Virus record (IMG/VR): IMGVR_UViG_3300035181_001114
Location: 1-45,226 of that record
DNA from: a virus
Reading direction: 5' to 3' (one strand)
DNA: 45,226 bases
Shown: one piece after another, positions 1 through 9,218 of the stretch
Numbering within the stretch: the first letter of the stretch is position 1
Layout: every line of letters begins with the position of its first letter
The notes under the pieces: generated by a model
Told to the model about the DNA's origin: nothing
Database searches by the model: none
What the model saw: only the letters and a program-made list of their open reading frames with translations
Translations under genes and position numbers: made by a program

Positions 1-127
1 TGAAGTAGATTCACTTATTATTGAAAAGCCTCATTTAAATTTATGGTACATTTGTAAACTACCGGGTGTTACTCATTCTGCATAGTGCAAATTCATGCCA
101 CTTTTATTTTGAACAATGAGGAAGTAG
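1..127. repeat. Terminal direct repeat copy 1 (identical to 45100-45226); circular-overlap signature
   Basis: The first 127 nt (tgaagtagattcactt...caatgaggaagtag) recur exactly as the last 127 nt. This copy holds the last 27 codons plus stop (83-85) of the ORF that ends at 45184. Confidence 0.95.
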
Positions 128-175
128 TGGAATTATTATATATCATATGAAAATCTTGTTTTGTGTAATTAAAAA

Positions 176-1636
176 ATGAAAATTACCCCTCAACCCGGCC
201 CACAAGAAAGATTCTTGGCATGTAGTGCCGATATTTGCGTTTATGGTGGACAGGCCGGGGGTGGTAAAACACATGCTTTAATCATGGAGCCCTTACGCCA
301 TTATAATGTTAAAGGTTTCAAAGCATTAACATTTCGCCGAAGCGGTGTGGAAATACGAAGCCCCGGTGGCCTCTGGGATGCATCTCAAGAGCTATATAAT
401 CAATTACCAGAAAAAATCAGGCCAACTCCTCGTGAGCAGCAGCTTGATTGGAAATTTCCATCCGGCGCAACAATTAAATTTGCGCATCTAATGAATGATA
501 ATACTGTATATGAGTACCAAGGTACAGAGATATGCTTGCTGTGTTTCGATGAAGTAACTCATTTTACTTTCAAGCAATTTACTTATTTGCTAACCCGTAA
601 CCGTTCTACGTGTGGCATTAAACCATACGTGCGCGCAACATGTAACCCTGATAAAGATAGTTGGGTGCGTAAGATGATCGAATGGTGGATTGATCCAGAT
701 ACTGGGCTTGCAATACAGGAACGTAGCGGAATAATTAGATATTTTATTATACAAGACAATCAATTTATCTGGGGCGATAGTGAAGACGAATTACGCGAGT
801 ACTATAGCGATTTAGAATGGAATGGAGGCGCTAGACCTCGCAGCTTTACATTTATACCCGCGAGCATTTATGATAATAAGATATTGCTTGAAACTGATCC
901 TAATTATCTAAGCTCTTTAAAGTCACAGAATAAAGTTGAAAGAGAAAGGTTACTAGGCGGTAACTGGAATATTAGCTATGCTGATTTTGGTGCTGTGCTT
1001 AATCGCAATGATTTTAATAGATATGATTTGCAAGAAAAACTACGCATTCCGGGCTATTTCAGGGAGTTTTATTTTGTGTTAGATGGCGCTAGTCGCACCA
1101 AAGAAGCTAACGATTATAGTGTACTGGGGCTATTTGGTAAATCTAAGATTGAAGAAGGTAAGTTTTTTATAATTGACTGGATGCGCGTAAAATTAGAAGA
1201 GCCTGATTTAGAGCAATTAATCATTGATAAATGGCATCAATGGAAACATCTTGGCGCTAAAGGTGTTAATGTGGAGCGCGGTTCTTGCGGTATTGGTATG
1301 ATGCAAAGACTTCCACGCAAAGGGATTCCAGTCTTTGAATTAATACCTGAAAAAGATAAATTCTTGCGCTTAAACGATGGTCTTGGTATAATTAAGTGCG
1401 GATTTGTAAATGTACCCGTGGATGCAAGTTGGGCGGCCAAATTTTTTGAAGAATGCGAATGTTTTAGAGCTGATTTAAAACATGCGTTAATGAATGGTGA
1501 AACTATGCCACATGATGATCAGGTAGACGTTTTGGCGTATGGTTTAAGTTCTCAAATTAACCAACGTGCACAAGTAAGTATTTTTGTTAAAAAGCCTATG
1601 CAGCAACAGCGCAGGCATGGATTAGGATTGATGTGA
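176..1636 (+). CDS. terL: Terminase large subunit
   Basis: 486 aa. Walker A GGQAGGGKTH, Walker B-like LLCFDEVTH, and C-terminal nuclease-type acidic motifs (FVLDGAS, HDDQVD). It sits at the head of the morphogenesis block. Confidence 0.9.
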   Translation: MKITPQPGPQERFLACSADICVYGGQAGGGKTHALIMEPLRHYNVKGFKALTFRRSGVEIRSPGGLWDASQELYNQLPEKIRPTPREQQLDWKFPSGATIKFAHLMNDNTVYEYQGTEICLLCFDEVTHFTFKQFTYLLTRNRSTCGIKPYVRATCNPDKDSWVRKMIEWWIDPDTGLAIQERSGIIRYFIIQDNQFIWGDSEDELREYYSDLEWNGGARPRSFTFIPASIYDNKILLETDPNYLSSLKSQNKVERERLLGGNWNISYADFGAVLNRNDFNRYDLQEKLRIPGYFREFYFVLDGASRTKEANDYSVLGLFGKSKIEEGKFFIIDWMRVKLEEPDLEQLIIDKWHQWKHLGAKGVNVERGSCGIGMMQRLPRKGIPVFELIPEKDKFLRLNDGLGIIKCGFVNVPVDASWAAKFFEECECFRADLKHALMNGETMPHDDQVDVLAYGLSSQINQRAQVSIFVKKPMQQQRRHGLGLM

Positions 1637-2319
1637 TGAGTTATAACAACATAAAAAAAATACGCAATTATCATCCAAAATCAATGCGTTTCGAGCATCA
1701 ATATGCTGATGATTTACTTATACCCTTTGGTACGCTATTAAATGAATTAAATGATATTAAAAATTTAACTAAACCTAAAATTGATGAAACTGTTAAATTC
1801 TGGCGCATTGAAAATTTTGGCACAATACAAGATATAAATGCTGAATACGTCGGAAAAGCCGACGAGCTGGCTGCATCATTAATCAAACCTGTATCAGATT
1901 ATCAAAACGATAAAAAAGCTAATCAGCTCGTTGTTGCCAACGATGAAATGCTAAATGTCACTACGGAATATATCAAACAAAAATTTATTGAATTATCTGT
2001 ATTAGAACAAAATTACAGCTATACAGATCAATTAAGTACAGAATTTGTGCATAAGATTGTTAAAAACACAGAAGACAAAATTGTGCTTTTTACAACTATG
2101 TCAACGATTGGGAATGTGAGAGAGTTTTTATTTGATAACGCTATCTCAAACGGTTATACTGAATATCAATGGCATACTCAAATGGATAGCAGAGTACGCC
2201 CTACGCATGCCCGCATGAATTTTCAATGGGTTTCTTTATTTACGCCGCCCCGAGAAACTGGAGGTTATCACGTTGGACAAGATTATAATTGTCGCTGTTG
2301 GGCTTCTAAATTTAGATAA
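1633..2319 (+). CDS. Minor head protein, Mu F / SPP1 gp7-like
   Basis: C-terminal RVRPTHARMNF...YNCRCW matches the conserved RxxPxH...NCRC signature of the Phage_Mu_F family. The GTG 1633 / ATG 1636 start overlaps the terL stop. Confidence 0.7.
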   Translation: MMSYNNIKKIRNYHPKSMRFEHQYADDLLIPFGTLLNELNDIKNLTKPKIDETVKFWRIENFGTIQDINAEYVGKADELAASLIKPVSDYQNDKKANQLVVANDEMLNVTTEYIKQKFIELSVLEQNYSYTDQLSTEFVHKIVKNTEDKIVLFTTMSTIGNVREFLFDNAISNGYTEYQWHTQMDSRVRPTHARMNFQWVSLFTPPRETGGYHVGQDYNCRCWASKFR

Positions 2320-2754
2320 TTATTGGTATACAACGTGAAAAGTCATGCCAATTAATTTATCCCGAGAAGGGTTGCTACCAAACACACTCGTGCCAATATA
2401 AATATAATTGTAGCTTGCTATAGTATTTACTTTGACTTCGGTGTAGTACTGATTTTGATTTGGCATCGTTAAAGTAATAATACCACTTTCGTTCATGGTT
2501 GCAGGATTTAATGCTATTCCATTTTTAACTAAATCAATTGTAGCTTGTTGTCCCATTAGATCAAATGGATTGTACATGCCAGAACCATCTATTACGAGGG
2601 ATGTGCCGGGAAAATTACCATCTAAACTCATGACAGTCAAATTCCATTTCCACCCATAATTATCAACAATATTTGTGAATTGTTTGATTATAGGGTCAGC
2701 ATAATTAAAAGAAAATAAAAGAGACGACGTAATAATAAATAATAATTTTTTCAT
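2320..2754 (-). CDS. Secreted protein of unknown function (reverse-oriented moron)
   Basis: ATG at 2754 is preceded by an AAAGG RBS (the ORF track extends to TTG 2769). It has a signal-peptide-like MKKLLFIITSSLLFSFNYA and is the only minus-strand gene inside the head module. Confidence 0.6.
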   Translation of the reverse strand: MKKLLFIITSSLLFSFNYADPIIKQFTNIVDNYGWKWNLTVMSLDGNFPGTSLVIDGSGMYNPFDLMGQQATIDLVKNGIALNPATMNESGIITLTMPNQNQYYTEVKVNTIASYNYIYIGTSVFGSNPSRDKLIGMTFHVVYQ

Positions 2755-2846
2755 AGAATTACCTTTCAAAAATGAAAATTACTAAATATTATATTTATTT
2801 AACTGGCATAATAAAGCGGGTGAAAGTTAAAGAAATATAATAACCA

Positions 2847-2855
2847 ATTATACCA
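2847..2855 (-). promoter_or_regulatory. Extended -10 promoter (TGgTATAAT) for the moron
   Basis: The reverse complement of 2847-2855 reads TGGTATAAT, about 93 nt upstream of ATG 2754. No good -35 element. Confidence 0.35.
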
Positions 2856-2903
2856 CATCTAGGAATTGACTATTAATTATATTTCACAATATTTAAAAAA
2901 TAT

Positions 2904-2933
2904 TTGCCCTGTATTAAAATAACATGTTATAAT
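2904..2933 (+). promoter_or_regulatory. sigma70-type promoter with extended -10 (TTGCCC-18-TGtTATAAT)
   Basis: TTGCCC 2904-2909 and TGTTATAAT 2925-2933, in the intergenic gap upstream of the protease/scaffold gene. Confidence 0.45.
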
Positions 2934-2984
2934 GTGGCAATAATTAACATCAAGACGTTGTGATAACGCCTCGGAGTAATAACA

Positions 2985-4160
2985 TTGACAATCAATTACG
3001 TTAAGCATGACCGCGAGGTTACATCTGACCAGCTTCAAAAGTATGGCAAATTTGCTACGCATGATATACATGTACCTGTCCTATTGTTGTATGAATTAGG
3101 TCATATAAAAGATAAAAACGGTACACCCGTTAATATTAATGCTGATTTTCTTAATGATACTCTAAAAAAAACTAACGCTTGGATTAAAAAGCGTTACATG
3201 TCACCTTTTGCGAAATTAAAATCCTTTTGGTCTAAACCGCTCGAAAATGTCGAAGTAATTCCAATTATCAAAAATCATGATACATCAGATGTTGATAATA
3301 CAGTAGGACATCTTAAAGGTCTTTTACGTATTGAATCTATTGATGGGATACAGTCGTTAATTGCAGATGCTGTTATTAAAGACCCAGATGCGAAAGAAAA
3401 AATTAATGGTGATTTATTGCGTAATACTTCTGTAGGTATACGTGATGATGGATCAATCAAAGAAGTGAGCTTCGTAATTAATGAAGCTGCTCCCCATGGC
3501 GGTTTACTCATGAGTGAAAACGAATCTAAAAAAAAGGAAAAAAAGAAAAAAGTTGAAAACTCTACTGCAAATATTAAAAATAAAGAAATGCAATTTGCAG
3601 AAAAAATCAGTGAATTACAGTTTGAAGAATATCAACTAGAAAATGTAATCATACCTAATCATATGATGTTATCTCGTATGATTAAAACCGGAAAAATACC
3701 TCCGTGGAAATATGAAGAATTAATTAATAAACCATCAAATGGCATATTGCAAATGATGGAAACCTCATTGCCAAGCGTTGATTTAGGGCTAATGATCGGC
3801 ACAAAGAGGCATCCGCAAAAAATTGATGCATCCGATATGATGATTGATAACATAATTGCAAAATATCAAAAAAATACAGACGTTGCAAAGAAAGCTAAAC
3901 TCGAACCACCCAAACAACAAATTGAGATTATTAATCAAGCGCAATCTTTTGAAGAAACACGCACTAAAGAATTAAAACATCTCTTAGAATTATCAGAACA
4001 TTCGCCACAAATATTAAGCAAGTACTTAAAAATTGAATTGGGCGAACCACAATCAACCGAAGATTGTGAGTTACACGATACGCTGCTTGCAGAGTATATC
4101 CAAAAATCGAAAGATATTAAAATCCAACTTAAACAATTAGAATTAGGAGAAATGGAATGA
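2985..4160 (+). CDS. Prohead serine protease (HK97/S78-like) fused to a scaffold-like C-terminal region
   Basis: TTG start with GGAG (2973-2976) 8 nt upstream. IIKNHDTSDVDNTVGHL...LLRNTSVGI...IKEVSFVINEAAP follows the His/Ser motif layout of S78 prohead proteases. The C-terminal ~200 aa is K/E-rich and helical. Confidence 0.65.
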   Translation: MTINYVKHDREVTSDQLQKYGKFATHDIHVPVLLLYELGHIKDKNGTPVNINADFLNDTLKKTNAWIKKRYMSPFAKLKSFWSKPLENVEVIPIIKNHDTSDVDNTVGHLKGLLRIESIDGIQSLIADAVIKDPDAKEKINGDLLRNTSVGIRDDGSIKEVSFVINEAAPHGGLLMSENESKKKEKKKKVENSTANIKNKEMQFAEKISELQFEEYQLENVIIPNHMMLSRMIKTGKIPPWKYEELINKPSNGILQMMETSLPSVDLGLMIGTKRHPQKIDASDMMIDNIIAKYQKNTDVAKKAKLEPPKQQIEIINQAQSFEETRTKELKHLLELSEHSPQILSKYLKIELGEPQSTEDCELHDTLLAEYIQKSKDIKIQLKQLELGEME

Positions 4161-4465
4161 GTCTACGTATAGATTTATCACGTGCCGAAAAGATAGTTAA
4201 ACAATTCGCAGAAGCCGAAGACCGCGAAAAAGAAAAAGAAGAAGAAAAGAAAATCACTAAGGAAGAAGGCGAAGGCAAAAAAGAAATGTCCGAAGAGGAA
4301 AAATCCAAAGCTAAAGAAGAGAAAAAAGAAAAGGATTTTTCTGAGCGCTTTTCTCGTAAATTTAGCGAACATGCAAAGGATATTGATAGCCGCATGGTTG
4401 CGCTTGAAGAAGGTTATGCAAAAATCCTCGACATGTGTGAAAAACAGTTTAGTAAAAAGAAATAA
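4157..4465 (+). CDS. Highly charged Lys/Glu-rich protein (possible scaffold/head assembly factor)
   Basis: 102 aa dominated by E/K runs (EKEKEEEKKITKEEGEGKKEMSEEEKSKAKEEKKEK). The ATGA overlap with the upstream gene indicates coupling. Confidence 0.5.
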   Translation: MSLRIDLSRAEKIVKQFAEAEDREKEKEEEKKITKEEGEGKKEMSEEEKSKAKEEKKEKDFSERFSRKFSEHAKDIDSRMVALEEGYAKILDMCEKQFSKKK

Positions 4466-4477
4466 GGAGTAAACATT

Positions 4478-5008
4478 ATGGAATTACCAGTTAATGGTTC
4501 AACGTTATATACCGTCTCTAATGTTACGTTATATACAAAACAGGGTACATCTTTTATTGCGGGTGGGAATTTTACTACTACATCAGGCGTGCCAAGTCAA
4601 GAATTATTACCAAGCACTAACACAGTTTTGGGCTATTACAACGGTCAAATGCTTGCACGCGCTGCGGGTGACGGCAGTGGTAGTTTTGCTGGTTTGACAG
4701 CTGGCGCACTAATTAATTTTGACCCAGCATCAAGTGATACTGGACAAGCCAAGTGGAATGGCTTTGTTATTTGTGATGCAGGGCTTAAAGCGCCTCTTGC
4801 TGTTGGTACAACATTTCCCGGCTCACTGCAAATTGCTACCCCATTGCAAGGTTGGATTTTAAGACAACAATATTTATATGCTGGTGGTACTCCTTCATCC
4901 GATGCCACTGTTGTTAATACCGCTGTAACTACAACTGTAGGCGTTACATGCGTACAAACACAAACGATGAACTCTAGTGGTTCAACTGAAACAATTTTTT
5001 CATACTAG
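4478..5008 (+). CDS. Putative head decoration/accessory protein
   Basis: 176 aa with AAGGAG RBS (4464-4469). It lies immediately upstream of the capsid gene, as lambda gpD precedes gpE. Function is inferred from position only. Confidence 0.3.
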   Translation: MELPVNGSTLYTVSNVTLYTKQGTSFIAGGNFTTTSGVPSQELLPSTNTVLGYYNGQMLARAAGDGSGSFAGLTAGALINFDPASSDTGQAKWNGFVICDAGLKAPLAVGTTFPGSLQIATPLQGWILRQQYLYAGGTPSSDATVVNTAVTTTVGVTCVQTQTMNSSGSTETIFSY

Positions 5009-5019
5009 GAGCCGAAATT

Positions 5020-6414
5020 ATGGAACGTATAGAATATACAGATTTACCTGAACATAAGTTTCGTTTAAAAACTGACATTTCAAAAGCTCAACAAGAAATC
5101 GTTATGAAATGCTTAGAGTTTAACGAAGCTGTAAGAAAAATACCTGAACTAACTCAAGGTGATAAAGCCAAAGATAAGCAGATTAAATTAGCCGAAGGCT
5201 TAGAAATGAGCGAATCCACACTTAATACTCTTGAATTTGCTGGTTTTGATGGACAAACTGCACCAATCGGCAACTGGACATTTGGCTCTCTAAATATGTT
5301 GATTCAAGAAGTTGGCTCATCAGTTGAAAAAGACACAATTTTATCTTTAGCATTTCCCGACAAATCTTTACCAATGTACGAATCATTAGTTGATCGTATT
5401 GTTGGCAACACTGGTATTTTACCTGAGTTTGGTAGTGATAGCTCAACTTTGCCAACAGTTAGAAATCTTGATACTTATGGCGTAATATTTCAACCCGGAT
5501 TATGGGGTGGTCGTACTATGTTAAATGCAAAAGATATTATGTTTGCGCGTAAACGTGGTAATACGTCTTTTGATGATCGGGGTATCGGTCAACTAGTTGC
5601 TTATAACTCTGTAAATATGGTTACTCAAGCAATGACGCGTAAAAAATATTTGCTTAATCAAGCCATTTTCTTTAATGGGTTTAGCTATGCGGGAGGCACT
5701 ATTGCATCAAATATACCTAATGGAAATTATATTGCTATGTATGAGCCTTTGGGTACTTTAAATGCCGATGGTTCGGTTACTTATTCAAATACTGACCCGC
5801 TTTATAATCCATTTATCGCATTTACAAATATTTTAAATAATCCAATTTTCTTAAAATATCGTAGATACATTCGTGGCTTGATTTGTAATGGTGCAGATTT
5901 ACAAGCAATTATGAATCATCCAAACGTTAAAGCAACTACCAATTTATTGATGGCTGCTGGTACATCGCTTGGCAATAAAAAAATGGAAGTACAAATTGGC
6001 GATATGGTTAAAGAACTTAATGCATATTATGCACCAAGTTTTGAATTTCCGTTGCTTGCTGATGATGATGTATGGGTTGGTCAAAATGCGGATGGTACTA
6101 CTAAAGTTACACCAAATGATGCAACTAGTGCTAACAGTGCTCAGAATTTCTTTGTGCCACGTGGCAAATTATATGTATTGTTAGATTTAACTCCGATGGG
6201 GGGCCAAGTTGGTGCATTTCACTTGACTTACAATGAAGTTGATCCTAATATTGATGCGCCTTCAATGGGTTTATTTACTGGTGTATTTAATCGTAATTTG
6301 AATAATTCAGATACAGTTAATAGACTTGATATTGTAGCTGCATTGGCAGGTGCTCCGGCTGTATACATGCCAGAGGCAAACTTTGTTTTAACTGGTTTAT
6401 ACGATAACGTATAA
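5020..6414 (+). CDS. Major capsid protein (lambda gpE-like by position and size)
   Basis: 464 aa with a GGAG RBS, located after the protease/scaffold/decoration genes. The charged N-terminal ~90 aa could be a cleaved delta domain. No search was run. Confidence 0.6.
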   Translation: MERIEYTDLPEHKFRLKTDISKAQQEIVMKCLEFNEAVRKIPELTQGDKAKDKQIKLAEGLEMSESTLNTLEFAGFDGQTAPIGNWTFGSLNMLIQEVGSSVEKDTILSLAFPDKSLPMYESLVDRIVGNTGILPEFGSDSSTLPTVRNLDTYGVIFQPGLWGGRTMLNAKDIMFARKRGNTSFDDRGIGQLVAYNSVNMVTQAMTRKKYLLNQAIFFNGFSYAGGTIASNIPNGNYIAMYEPLGTLNADGSVTYSNTDPLYNPFIAFTNILNNPIFLKYRRYIRGLICNGADLQAIMNHPNVKATTNLLMAAGTSLGNKKMEVQIGDMVKELNAYYAPSFEFPLLADDDVWVGQNADGTTKVTPNDATSANSAQNFFVPRGKLYVLLDLTPMGGQVGAFHLTYNEVDPNIDAPSMGLFTGVFNRNLNNSDTVNRLDIVAALAGAPAVYMPEANFVLTGLYDNV

Positions 6415-6461
6415 TTAACTGGCTATGCGCCCAAATTTTTTATAGTGATTATTACTAAATG

Positions 6462-6470
6462 TGTTATAAT
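6462..6470 (+). promoter_or_regulatory. Extended -10 promoter element TGtTATAAT
   Basis: TGTTATAAT lies in the 100-bp gap after the capsid gene. It is followed by hairpin TGTCGCA-gtgat-TGCGACA (6489-6507), RBS GGGGG and ATG 6520. Confidence 0.35.
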
Positions 6471-6519
6471 AACTTAAAGTTAAACTTATGTCGCAGTGAT
6501 TGCGACACGGGGGCAAAAA

Positions 6520-7113
6520 ATGGGCGCACCAGTTCCATCACCACAATATATTGATTATAATACTAATATCAAACCCTTAATTGGCACTGATAAAATATTA
6601 GTATCTGATTTAGATTCAACCGCAATTCCTACCGGGCAAGCAAATGCATTAATTGCTGCTGGCGAGTCCATTGCACTATTAGATTTATCACCCTATTATG
6701 TCACTGATCCAGCATTAATTACTCTTGCTGGGGGAGATTGGACTACATTACCTTCATATACTTATGAAGTAGTATATAATATGTTTGTATATCAAGCCTC
6801 TATTCAACTCATTGGAGCTTTTATAGCGCGCAATACAGACGAAGAGAGTCGCACTCTTTCTTATTTTCAAAAAGATTTTGCTACAGAATATGCAAAGATT
6901 ATAAATAGATTAGTTGATAAATTGCCAAATGGTGGTTATAAATATATTTTAACTGGCTTACAACCATTAATTGACGGTGGTATTAAGCGTAGATATAACC
7001 GCTCTGTATCTAGTGGCAGATTAGGCGCATGTAATTACACAAATAGACAATTAACAAACCCAGAAACTAATTTTAGTGGTGGCTGGCCTATTGGATGGGT
7101 ATGGACACAATGA
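6520..7113 (+). CDS. Head completion/connector-type protein (unknown)
   Basis: The ORF track starts at GTG 6496, inside the hairpin. ATG 6520 with a G-rich RBS is more plausible. Function is inferred from position only. Confidence 0.4.
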   Translation: MGAPVPSPQYIDYNTNIKPLIGTDKILVSDLDSTAIPTGQANALIAAGESIALLDLSPYYVTDPALITLAGGDWTTLPSYTYEVVYNMFVYQASIQLIGAFIARNTDEESRTLSYFQKDFATEYAKIINRLVDKLPNGGYKYILTGLQPLIDGGIKRRYNRSVSSGRLGACNYTNRQLTNPETNFSGGWPIGWVWTQ

Positions 7114-8660
7114 CAATTATTAATGCTGTTAAACAAGCCAAGCAGCCGGATAAATTGCCTGCTGAAATGCTTACCAATAATACGCAAAAAACCGTAAAAG
7201 TTAGATCGCCAAAACCACGTTTTGAGGTAAGCACGGTAATAGATGAATTTCAGGGCATGAATGAAAATCTAATAGTCAATGATGGCGAAAAAGGTGTAAT
7301 TGGTACAGCAAACCCTTATCAATTTAATTTGTTTAGTGATTTAATTACTAATCCATCATCTATTAGTATCTCTGAATTTCAAAAAATGGTTTACACGCAG
7401 CCAATATTATCAGCTGGTTTAACTATTTTAAACAATTTAATTAAAAACGAATTTGGCTCATTTCAACATAAAAATAAAAAATATCAAGAATTTATTCAAA
7501 TCATGTTTGATAATTTTGATCGCCCTTTTGATGAGATTTTAATAGACATGCAAACCGCATGGTGGGCAGGTTTTTCAGTTGGCGAGAAAAAATATAAAAG
7601 CGATGGACGTTATGTATATATCACGGATATTGAGCCACGTCCGGCACAGTCTATCATATATCGTGTCGACTCACAGGGTCATCTAAAAGATGATGGCATT
7701 ATACAATATTATTTTAATAATTTGTGGATAGGCTACGGTAATTTATTATCATTTAATTCAATTGGGCCAAATGGTCGGGTTACTCCAAATCCTTACGCAT
7801 CACGTGGTGATTTTGATTATCCTTGGCGGACAGTATGGGCGCAGCCAATTGGTACAGTTATTATACCCAAAAACAAATGCGTACATTTTGCTTACAAGGG
7901 CTTAGATGGTTTGACATCACCTTATGGTCGTAGTTTATTGCGTGCCGCATATGATTCATACTTAGTGCGATCAGATATGAACAGAATATTACACAATAGC
8001 GCAAATTATAAAGCATCTCCAATACCAGTGGTTATTATAGATCCGAACCAAGCTAACGATCCAAGCGGTTATGATGTATTTGAAGAAACTGAATTTGCAT
8101 TGCAAAACCTAGGGGTTGCGGGTGGTGGAAATTCTTATCTATTATTTAGAGGTACAAAAGAATCTGTAATAATGGATAAAATGGATAGTACAGCTAACTT
8201 ACAAGATTTAGTTGGTGTTAGTGAATATTTTGACAAGATGATGTTAACAGCAATTTTATTCCCAAGCGAATTGGCTGGCTTATCTGATAAAGGTAGTTAT
8301 GCGCTAGGTAAAACACAACAGGATTTATTGGGTAGAAATGTTACATCAATGTGCGAAATGCTACGTAACTGTATCATTGAACAAGTAGTTAAACCAACCT
8401 TGCAATTAAATTTCAATGAACAAGAAGATTTTGGCAGTTTTGAAGTTACTGATAATGTTGCGGAAGATGTGGCGCTTAATTTAGACAAATTAAATTCATT
8501 ATTGAATTATGGCATTAAATTAAAACCCGGTGCAATTGCGGCAATGCTTGATATTAGTGAGGATTCAATTGAATCATGGAATAATCCAGTGGTTGATAAT
8601 AACCCTGATAATCGGGGTATAAATACTAATTTTATGCGTACTAGAGGTATTGAATCATGA
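7095..8660 (+). CDS. Portal protein (Mu gp29 / DUF935-like)
   Basis: 521 aa. The segment PILSAGLTILNNLI...DMQTAWWAGFSVGEKKY...ITDIEPRP resembles the conserved core of Mu-type portals, and it co-occurs with a MuF-like gene. Judged by eye only. Confidence 0.5.
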   Translation: MGMDTMTIINAVKQAKQPDKLPAEMLTNNTQKTVKVRSPKPRFEVSTVIDEFQGMNENLIVNDGEKGVIGTANPYQFNLFSDLITNPSSISISEFQKMVYTQPILSAGLTILNNLIKNEFGSFQHKNKKYQEFIQIMFDNFDRPFDEILIDMQTAWWAGFSVGEKKYKSDGRYVYITDIEPRPAQSIIYRVDSQGHLKDDGIIQYYFNNLWIGYGNLLSFNSIGPNGRVTPNPYASRGDFDYPWRTVWAQPIGTVIIPKNKCVHFAYKGLDGLTSPYGRSLLRAAYDSYLVRSDMNRILHNSANYKASPIPVVIIDPNQANDPSGYDVFEETEFALQNLGVAGGGNSYLLFRGTKESVIMDKMDSTANLQDLVGVSEYFDKMMLTAILFPSELAGLSDKGSYALGKTQQDLLGRNVTSMCEMLRNCIIEQVVKPTLQLNFNEQEDFGSFEVTDNVAEDVALNLDKLNSLLNYGIKLKPGAIAAMLDISEDSIESWNNPVVDNNPDNRGINTNFMRTRGIES

Positions 8661-9217
8661 TAGCACAAATGAGTAGCGCAAGTTTTGGTGCAAATGGTCG
8701 CGTATTGATTGAATTAAGCACAAGCACAATTAATGCTTATACAAATTTAGTTGAGCAATATAGTACATACGGCATCATGTCTGTGCCGCTTCCAAAACAA
8801 TTGGTTAACATTGAAGAGCAATCAGCTACACAAGTGATGATGACGGGTTATAACAATGCTATTACTGATAGCGCATTTAGTATCAGCCCCGGAGAAATTG
8901 CAACATATTCACAAAATTGGTATAACTTTACTGCCAATGCTGGCATTTACATGCAGCCTGTAAGTGCTAGTGATAAAGAAAACGCTATGATGGGCCAAAG
9001 TACAAACGGAGTAATTACCGATATTTTAAATTTATTAGTTGATATCGTTAATTATTTAGGCTCTCACGTACATACTGGCGTACAAACTGGTACAGATAAT
9101 ACAGGCCCGGTATTTGCTACACCTCCCCTACCGGACGATAGCAATGTTGTAAGTGATCAAGGCTACATAAGTGATAATAAAAATCTGGCAATAACTGGCA
9201 CATATACGCCGCATTAA
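8657..9217 (+). CDS. Virion protein, possibly gpV/Mu gp45-like spike
   Basis: 186 aa. SPGEIATYSQNWYNFTANAGIYM and C-terminal GSHVHTGVQTGTDNTGPV recall baseplate spike proteins, but the location is atypical. Confidence 0.25.
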   Translation: MIAQMSSASFGANGRVLIELSTSTINAYTNLVEQYSTYGIMSVPLPKQLVNIEEQSATQVMMTGYNNAITDSAFSISPGEIATYSQNWYNFTANAGIYMQPVSASDKENAMMGQSTNGVITDILNLLVDIVNYLGSHVHTGVQTGTDNTGPVFATPPLPDDSNVVSDQGYISDNKNLAITGTYTPH

Positions 9218-9218
9218 A

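Noticed and set aside
4129-4395. Two antisense ORFs (88 and 64 aa, poly-Phe/Ser) opposite the Lys/Glu-rich gene
   Set aside because: They are the complement of GAA/AAA/AAG-rich coding sequence, which automatically yields TTC/TTT-rich open frames. Neither has a translation signal.
6415-6450. Terminator after the major capsid gene (GGC-tatgc-gCC followed by T6)
   Set aside because: The stem is only 2-3 bp with a bulge, which is too weak to call. It may still attenuate transcription, but the sequence alone does not support this.
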